Translations under genes and position numbers: made by a program
Shown: piece by piece, positions 57,330 to 61,199 of the stretch
Layout: every line of letters starts with the position of its first letter
Numbering within the stretch: position 1 is the stretch's first letter
Notes under the pieces: model-generated
What the model was told of the DNA's origin: nothing
The model's database searches: none
Seen by the model: only the letters and a program-made list of their open reading frames with translations
Virus record (IMG/VR): IMGVR_UViG_3300025141_000092
Location: 1-61,199 of that record
Reading direction: 5' to 3' (one strand)
DNA from: a virus
Taxonomy: Duplodnaviria > Caudoviricetes
Length of the DNA: 61,199 bases

Positions 57330-58277
57330 TCAAAATCCGAGCCCCGCACGCATGCTACACCAACAAGGTTGTACATTTTGTCCATCAGACCCCTCGTTAT
57401 AACCTCTACTTCGCAGCCCAGGGGGCGTATAATCACCCAAAGGATTCCGATACCGTTCGGCAATACCTAATCCAGGAACCACATCTTCAAGAACATCTCC
57501 TAGACCAGGATCCTCACTACCCTGCATATCAGGCATCTCCATATCCCTATCTTTGCCCTCCCACTTACACAAACAATTAACTAACTTTCCCATCATACCT
57601 TTCATAGCAGGATTTTTAACCACTTCTTGCATAAAATCAGTTCCACAACTGTCAGTAATGATTCTCCCGACATGACCAATTACGCCGAATGTTCCTCCGC
57701 CCTGTCCAATAACACCTGTAAGATCAGCCAAATCTCTCCTAAATGTAATCTCAAAATCTACGTCTTTAACTTCTCTTTTGAAACAACAACAATTTGGTCT
57801 AGGGTCACCAGTGTACTCCCAACCAGGGGCAGTCTCAGGAGGTTGGTAATTAGGACAATCCTCAATTTCACTCACATCTGCTTCGCATGGTTGAGCACAC
57901 TGTTCCCAGTTAACATGATACCATGACATATCACACTGAGCGACGGCGACCTGCGGTCCGCCACCAAAGTGAACTAAAGGTTTTACTTTTCCTTTTTCAG
58001 ACTCAGGATACTCACCACCCATACAATCAAGTGTTATCCCTTTAAATGCGTTAGGCCAGGGTGTAAATTGAGGTCGTATTGTTTCTCCCGACTCAGGAAT
58101 GCACATCTTACTCCCAGTAATAACTGAAAACCCCGCGATTTTATATCGTTTTTCCCCTCCTATATCGTATATGTTATGAAGAGGATAGATCTTCAAGTCT
58201 CCTTCAACTTCTGTTACTATTACACAACACTGATTCGTGGATTCTGCTTCCGTTGTTGGTATATCTCCAAATGCCAT
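57330..58277 (-). CDS. Cys-rich hypothetical protein
   Basis: AGGAG RBS; CTACATA motif upstream; many Cys including CC, CCC and CxC. Confidence 0.65.
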   Translation of the reverse strand: MAFGDIPTTEAESTNQCCVIVTEVEGDLKIYPLHNIYDIGGEKRYKIAGFSVITGSKMCIPESGETIRPQFTPWPNAFKGITLDCMGGEYPESEKGKVKPLVHFGGGPQVAVAQCDMSWYHVNWEQCAQPCEADVSEIEDCPNYQPPETAPGWEYTGDPRPNCCCFKREVKDVDFEITFRRDLADLTGVIGQGGGTFGVIGHVGRIITDSCGTDFMQEVVKNPAMKGMMGKLVNCLCKWEGKDRDMEMPDMQGSEDPGLGDVLEDVVPGLGIAERYRNPLGDYTPPGLRSRGYNEGSDGQNVQPCWCSMRAGLGF

Positions 58278-58304
58278 AATAAGCTCCTACTTTATGTAGG
58301 AACT

Positions 58305-58634
58305 CTATTCAAAAATAAATTTAAATAACTCAGGATTAAGTCCTGCTAACATTTGAACCATGTTGGATGTTACTGTGGTTAAATATTCATTACTTACCTG
58401 GGGCATCTCGTCATCATCACCTAATCCAAACAGGTCAAAACCAATGTGACAAATTTCGTGGAGAAGGGTCCATTTATAATCTTCTAAAGATTGGTTTGGA
58501 TCTATTGTGAGCGTGTTCTTAGGAAATTCTACACAACCATACAAACTATCCTTGGTTAATGATTTCTGAATAATTTGGAATTTTTTGAAACCGAGATTTA
58601 CTTCTAAAGGATGTTGTGGGAGTTTTGGTGCCAT
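58305..58634 (-). CDS. Small HExxH zinc metallopeptidase-like protein
   Basis: LYGC...LTID...TLLHEICH...NEYLT minimal zincin pattern. Confidence 0.7.
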   Translation of the reverse strand: MAPKLPQHPLEVNLGFKKFQIIQKSLTKDSLYGCVEFPKNTLTIDPNQSLEDYKWTLLHEICHIGFDLFGLGDDDEMPQVSNEYLTTVTSNMVQMLAGLNPELFKFIFE

Positions 58635-58800
58635 ATTTTATTATAGTAATTTTTTTTGGGACCCCTTTAATGATAATAAGGTTCCATGTGTGGGGGGATT
58701 GGGGGTAGCCCTAGGAGTCCCTTTTACGCGAAATTTTCCGCAAGCCTTTGTCCCATAAGCACTTACACTCGCGCCCTAGGATGACCCAATATAAATCATG

Positions 58801-58837
58801 GAAATCACCTTCGGTTGGCCGAGTTTTGCCCCTTATA
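58801..58837 (+). repeat. 37-bp dispersed repeat, copy 1 (copy 2 at 61163-61199)
   Basis: GAAATCACCTTCGGTTKGCCGAGTTTTGCCCCTTATA, one mismatch between copies. Confidence 0.9.
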
Positions 58838-58842
58838 CCTAT

Positions 58843-58908
58843 ATGAGACAAGTACTATTAGACATGCTCTTCTTCGCGCTCCTATTTGCTGCCTGCCTGA
58901 TTGTGTGA
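58843..58908 (+). CDS. 21-aa hydrophobic micropeptide MRQVLLDMLFFALLFAACLIV
   Basis: ATG 5 nt after the 37-bp repeat; TM-like composition. Confidence 0.45.
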   Translation: MRQVLLDMLFFALLFAACLIV

Positions 58909-58926
58909 ATAAATCACAGAAAAGGC

Positions 58927-58955
58927 TTGCACTCTAACCCCAAACAAGGTACAAT
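58927..58955 (+). promoter_or_regulatory. sigma70-type early promoter, leaderless
   Basis: TTGCAC-N17-TACAAT-N6-ATG (58962). Confidence 0.8.
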
Positions 58956-58961
58956 ACACAC

Positions 58962-59192
58962 ATGAACAGAACGCTCACCATCGACGCTCTCCCCTCTGAC
59001 CCTAAAGGCATCTGCTCTGTCTGGGTCTCACAGGACAACATCGTGATCCACTCAGTCGATTGGGTCAACTACGGAATCGCAATCACTAACATCATGCAAG
59101 AGTGGGACGCTTCTTCCCTGAAGTACACCAACAGAGCCAAGAGAAAATTTCTTGGAGATTCTTCTTGCACCCTCACCCCAAACAAGGTATAA
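58962..59192 (+). CDS. Small early hypothetical protein
   Basis: ATG falls at the predicted +1 of the promoter. Confidence 0.65.
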   Translation: MNRTLTIDALPSDPKGICSVWVSQDNIVIHSVDWVNYGIAITNIMQEWDASSLKYTNRAKRKFLGDSSCTLTPNKV

Positions 59193-59193
59193 T
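59165..59193 (+). promoter_or_regulatory. sigma70-type early promoter, leaderless
   Basis: TTGCAC-N17-TATAAT-N6-ATG (59200); spacer shares ACCCCAAACAAGG with the 58927 promoter. Confidence 0.85.
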
Positions 59194-59199
59194 AGACGC

Positions 59200-59415
59200 A
59201 TGACCAAGAACGACTACACCGCAGAGATGGGCTTCATCCTTGGAGATGCCATCTCAGAATTCGAGGAGTGCGCGGTCCTCGACGCTATGGCTGACGAGAC
59301 AGAGATGACCGAGGAGGTTGTCGATGACTGGTATCAAACTCTCTTGGACCAAGCTCTCGCCTATGAAGAGCGTGAGGCTTGGGCTGATTTCTGGAACGAC
59401 AAGGAGCGAGCATGA
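59200..59415 (+). CDS. Small acidic early protein
   Basis: Start reassigned to MTKNDY at the predicted +1; strongly Asp/Glu-rich. Confidence 0.7.
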   Translation: MTKNDYTAEMGFILGDAISEFEECAVLDAMADETEMTEEVVDDWYQTLLDQALAYEEREAWADFWNDKERA

Positions 59416-59504
59416 ATCGCACTCAATACGACGCTGCACACAACGCAGCCTTTCTTCTTATCCTTTGCGCCTTCGTGGCAGTCACCCTTCTCTGGACTCT
59501 CTAA
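59412..59504 (+). CDS. 30-aa membrane micropeptide MNRTQYDAAHNAAFLLILCAFVAVTLLWTL
   Basis: AAGGAG RBS; ATGA overlap upstream and TAATG overlap downstream. Confidence 0.65.
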   Translation: MNRTQYDAAHNAAFLLILCAFVAVTLLWTL

Positions 59505-59827
59505 TGCAACTACTCACTGACAAAATCAAAAAGGCTTTGCCTTCTCTCTACTCCACTGAAGACATTCCTTGCGAGGATAAGCAGATCGTGGTGAAATTCT
59601 TCAACCCCCTGGGCTCTCAGACTTGGGAGATCACAGAGGGATCATACCAAGAGGACATGGACACATGGCTGCTCTTTGGTAAGTGCGACCTTGGCTATGG
59701 TGCTGAGTGGGGATATGTTACCCTCTCTGAGCTTGAGTCCGTAGATGTTGGCTTAGGTATGGGCATTGAGCGTGATATCTGCTGGAACTCTCACCTCCAC
59801 GATGAATGGAACACGATGGAGGCTTGA
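59504..59827 (+). CDS. DUF2958-like protein
   Basis: VVKFFNPLGSQTWEITE, LFGKCDLG, EWGYVTLSEL and IERD motifs; start reassigned to MQLLT. Confidence 0.8.
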   Translation: MQLLTDKIKKALPSLYSTEDIPCEDKQIVVKFFNPLGSQTWEITEGSYQEDMDTWLLFGKCDLGYGAEWGYVTLSELESVDVGLGMGIERDICWNSHLHDEWNTMEA

Positions 59828-59871
59828 ATTAGCCAATAACCCCCCAATCATGGCTCTATTGCCCGATTGGC

Positions 59872-59913
59872 GGCCGCCCCGCCCGTCCTAACCCCTTGTG
59901 GATCAACAACTTA
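59872..59913 (+). repeat. Dispersed repeat, copy 1 (copy 2 at 61081-61122; degenerate copy near 58740-58766)
   Basis: GGCCGCCCCG-N5-CCTAACCCCTTGTGGATCAACAACTTA, with the last 27 bp identical. Confidence 0.9.
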
Positions 59914-59946
59914 CGATACCGTACCCACATTTCTTTTATTTAGTGC

Positions 59947-59975
59947 TTGCAAGTGCTCCCAGCCCGTGGTATAAT
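59947..59975 (+). promoter_or_regulatory. sigma70-type promoter
   Basis: TTGCAA-N17-TATAAT with an extended -10 TG. Confidence 0.8.
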
Positions 59976-59986
59976 GTGTCCTGTTG

Positions 59987-60008
59987 ATGAGGGTCGTACC
60001 TCATTTTT
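59987..60008 (+). terminator. Small terminator-like hairpin
   Basis: ATGAGG-GTCGTA-CCTCAT followed by TTTT. Confidence 0.5.
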
Positions 60009-60020
60009 CCCCTTTTCTGC

Positions 60021-60049
60021 TGGACAGCCAGCCCACCATTTGGTATAAT
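60021..60049 (+). promoter_or_regulatory. sigma70-type early promoter, leaderless
   Basis: TGGACA-N17-TATAAT-N6-ATG (60056), extended -10. Confidence 0.85.
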
Positions 60050-60055
60050 ACACCC

Positions 60056-60424
60056 ATGGAAAAACGAACTCAAAGAACTCCGCAAGAGATCATCGCGGAG
60101 ACAGAGGCCAAGCTGGCTCGCCTTCAAATGAAGGCAGCAAAGGCTGAAGCCAAATCAAACCCCGCAGTTGCTGATCTCTACGAGCAACTGGACACCGTCA
60201 ACAAGGACATTCGTGAGGCCAAGAAGGGCCTTGGGTCTGGTCCCCAATCGTTCGATGCTCGGATTGAGAAGCATCAGGTCTGGATCGAGAAGATCGAATC
60301 AGCCCGTGAGGACGCGCAGGAGCTTCTTGGCTTGGCCGAGGCGCAAAAGACTGCTCTCACCTCTGAGATCCAAACGGTGATCTCTTCAATCGTCACCCCT
60401 AAAGAAATCTCCGAAGGGGCTTGA
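60056..60424 (+). CDS. Coiled-coil early hypothetical protein
   Basis: Start reassigned to MEKRTQRT at the predicted +1. Confidence 0.75.
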   Translation: MEKRTQRTPQEIIAETEAKLARLQMKAAKAEAKSNPAVADLYEQLDTVNKDIREAKKGLGSGPQSFDARIEKHQVWIEKIESAREDAQELLGLAEAQKTALTSEIQTVISSIVTPKEISEGA

Positions 60425-60449
60425 ATTCTCCGAGGGGCCATGGTATAAT
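60421..60449 (+). promoter_or_regulatory. sigma70-type promoter driving the 60476 gene and the ribozyme locus
   Basis: TTGAAT-N17-TATAAT, extended -10. Confidence 0.8.
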
Positions 60450-60475
60450 GGTCCCTCACAACAACAAAGGAAAAG

Positions 60476-60694
60476 ATGCTCAACAACATCACCAACATCG
60501 TGCGCTCGAATCAGAACGCAGTCATGGTCAAGGTCGGTAGTGCTACGAATTCGGTGTACACGATCTTTGATCTCCGCTCACGTAGCAACAGCTACACAGG
60601 CACTCTTTCAGGGGCCAAGTCCGCTTGGAATCGGAAATACAAAAACTCTAGGCAATTCGTTGCCAAGGGTAACCACAGGTATCTTACAGCCTAA
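60476..60694 (+). CDS. Small basic early protein
   Basis: AAGGA RBS; own promoter. Confidence 0.7.
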   Translation: MLNNITNIVRSNQNAVMVKVGSATNSVYTIFDLRSRSNSYTGTLSGAKSAWNRKYKNSRQFVAKGNHRYLTA

Positions 60695-60702
60695 AGGGTA
60701 AG

Positions 60703-60799
60703 ACTCGTCTGGGCGAGTATAAACAGCCATCAGGCCCAGAGCGTCCCAAAGGGAATGGAGAGAATTGCGATAACGCTACCTCTTCCCTGCGGGGGTTGG
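60703..60799 (+). ncRNA. Pistol self-cleaving ribozyme
   Basis: P1 ACUCG/CGAGU; loop UCUGGG pairs with CCCAGA (pseudoknot); AUAAACAG linker; P2 CCA/UGG; GCG core; P3 UCCC/GGGG extended by AGGGAA/UUCCCU; G-U cleavage site at 60795/60796. Confidence 0.88.
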
Positions 60800-60804
60800 A
60801 AATT

Positions 60805-60980
60805 CGGAGAGGCATCGAGAGGCATCTTGATGCGGGTCGCATAATAAGAGTTTTATGGCTCTCTAGTGCATCGTAGCCTGAACCCAGAGCGGAATCCCGT
60901 GAGGTATGGCGCGAGTTGTGATCGAACCAGTCATATGGTAGCTTGCAGGTAATACATTAAACCCTGTCCCTTTCTCTCCG
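60805..60980 (+). ncRNA. Candidate structured tRNA-like RNA
   Basis: Closing stem CGGAGAG/CUCUCCG; arms GCAUC/GAUGC, GGGU/ACCC, AGAGUU/GGCUCU, CC-GUGA-GG and GCAGG/CCUGU; no ORF listed in the track. Confidence 0.5.
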
Positions 60981-60990
60981 TCTTTCCTTT

Positions 60991-61065
60991 CCCCTTCACT
61001 GCTCCCGCTCTTTTTCTACGCATTATCAATTGAAAAAGAAAACGAGCAGTCGAGGGGTTTTCTTC
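60991..61065 (+). terminator. Long imperfect hairpin followed by a U-rich tract
   Basis: CCCCT/AGGGG, ACTGCTC/GAGCAGT and TCTTTTTC/GAAAAAGA stems, then TTTTCTTC. Confidence 0.55.
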
Positions 61066-61080
61066 TTGACAGATTTCGGG

Positions 61081-61199
61081 GGCCGCCCCGAGCCCCCTAA
61101 CCCCTTGTGGATCAACAACTTAGGTGCTGAACCAATCTTAGGACTACCCAAAAGAAATCAGAGAAATCACCTTCGGTTTGCCGAGTTTTGCCCCTTATA
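61081..61199 (+). repeat. Second copies of both dispersed repeats
   Basis: 61081-61122 matches 59872-59913; 61163-61199 matches 58801-58837. Confidence 0.9.

Noticed and set aside
1-58634. Stop-codon reassignment, inteins or introns in core genes
   Set aside because: Capsid, portal, terminase, primase and helicase are intact and of ordinary length in the standard code
59981-60004. Hammerhead ribozyme core (TGATGAG)
   Set aside because: Lacks an intact CUGAUGA and the GAAA partner
60805-60980. Canonical tRNA-Ser, tmRNA or group II intron
   Set aside because: No 7-nt anticodon or TTC loop, no tag ORF, no intron domain V; retained only as a tRNA-like candidate

Overview
This window is part of a large T4-like (myovirus) phage genome. 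Positions 1-58.6 kb hold a mostly minus-strand morphogenesis region: neck gp13, major capsid gp23, scaffold gp22, prohead protease gp21, a full baseplate/fibre/tape-measure block, gp26, portal gp20 and large terminase gp17. Interspersed are a primase, a PD-(D/E)xK nuclease, a UvsW-like helicase and a GT2-like glycosyltransferase. At about 58.7 kb the coding strand switches to a plus-strand early-type region of small genes, sigma70-type promoters (several leaderless) and dispersed repeats. Main highlights: (1) a pistol self-cleaving ribozyme (60703-60799) whose predicted cut would release a ~180-nt tRNA-like multibranched RNA directly downstream; (2) a 2501-aa protein with ~18 four-cysteine modules in Pro/Thr/Gly linkers, plus two free-standing genes 40 kb away built from the same module; (3) a lambda G/GT-style -1 frameshift signal joining gp26 to an unannotated gp51-like frame; (4) a pre-toxin-like motif in an unlisted basic ORF at the left edge. 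All calls come from motif recognition and hand folding; no database searches were run.
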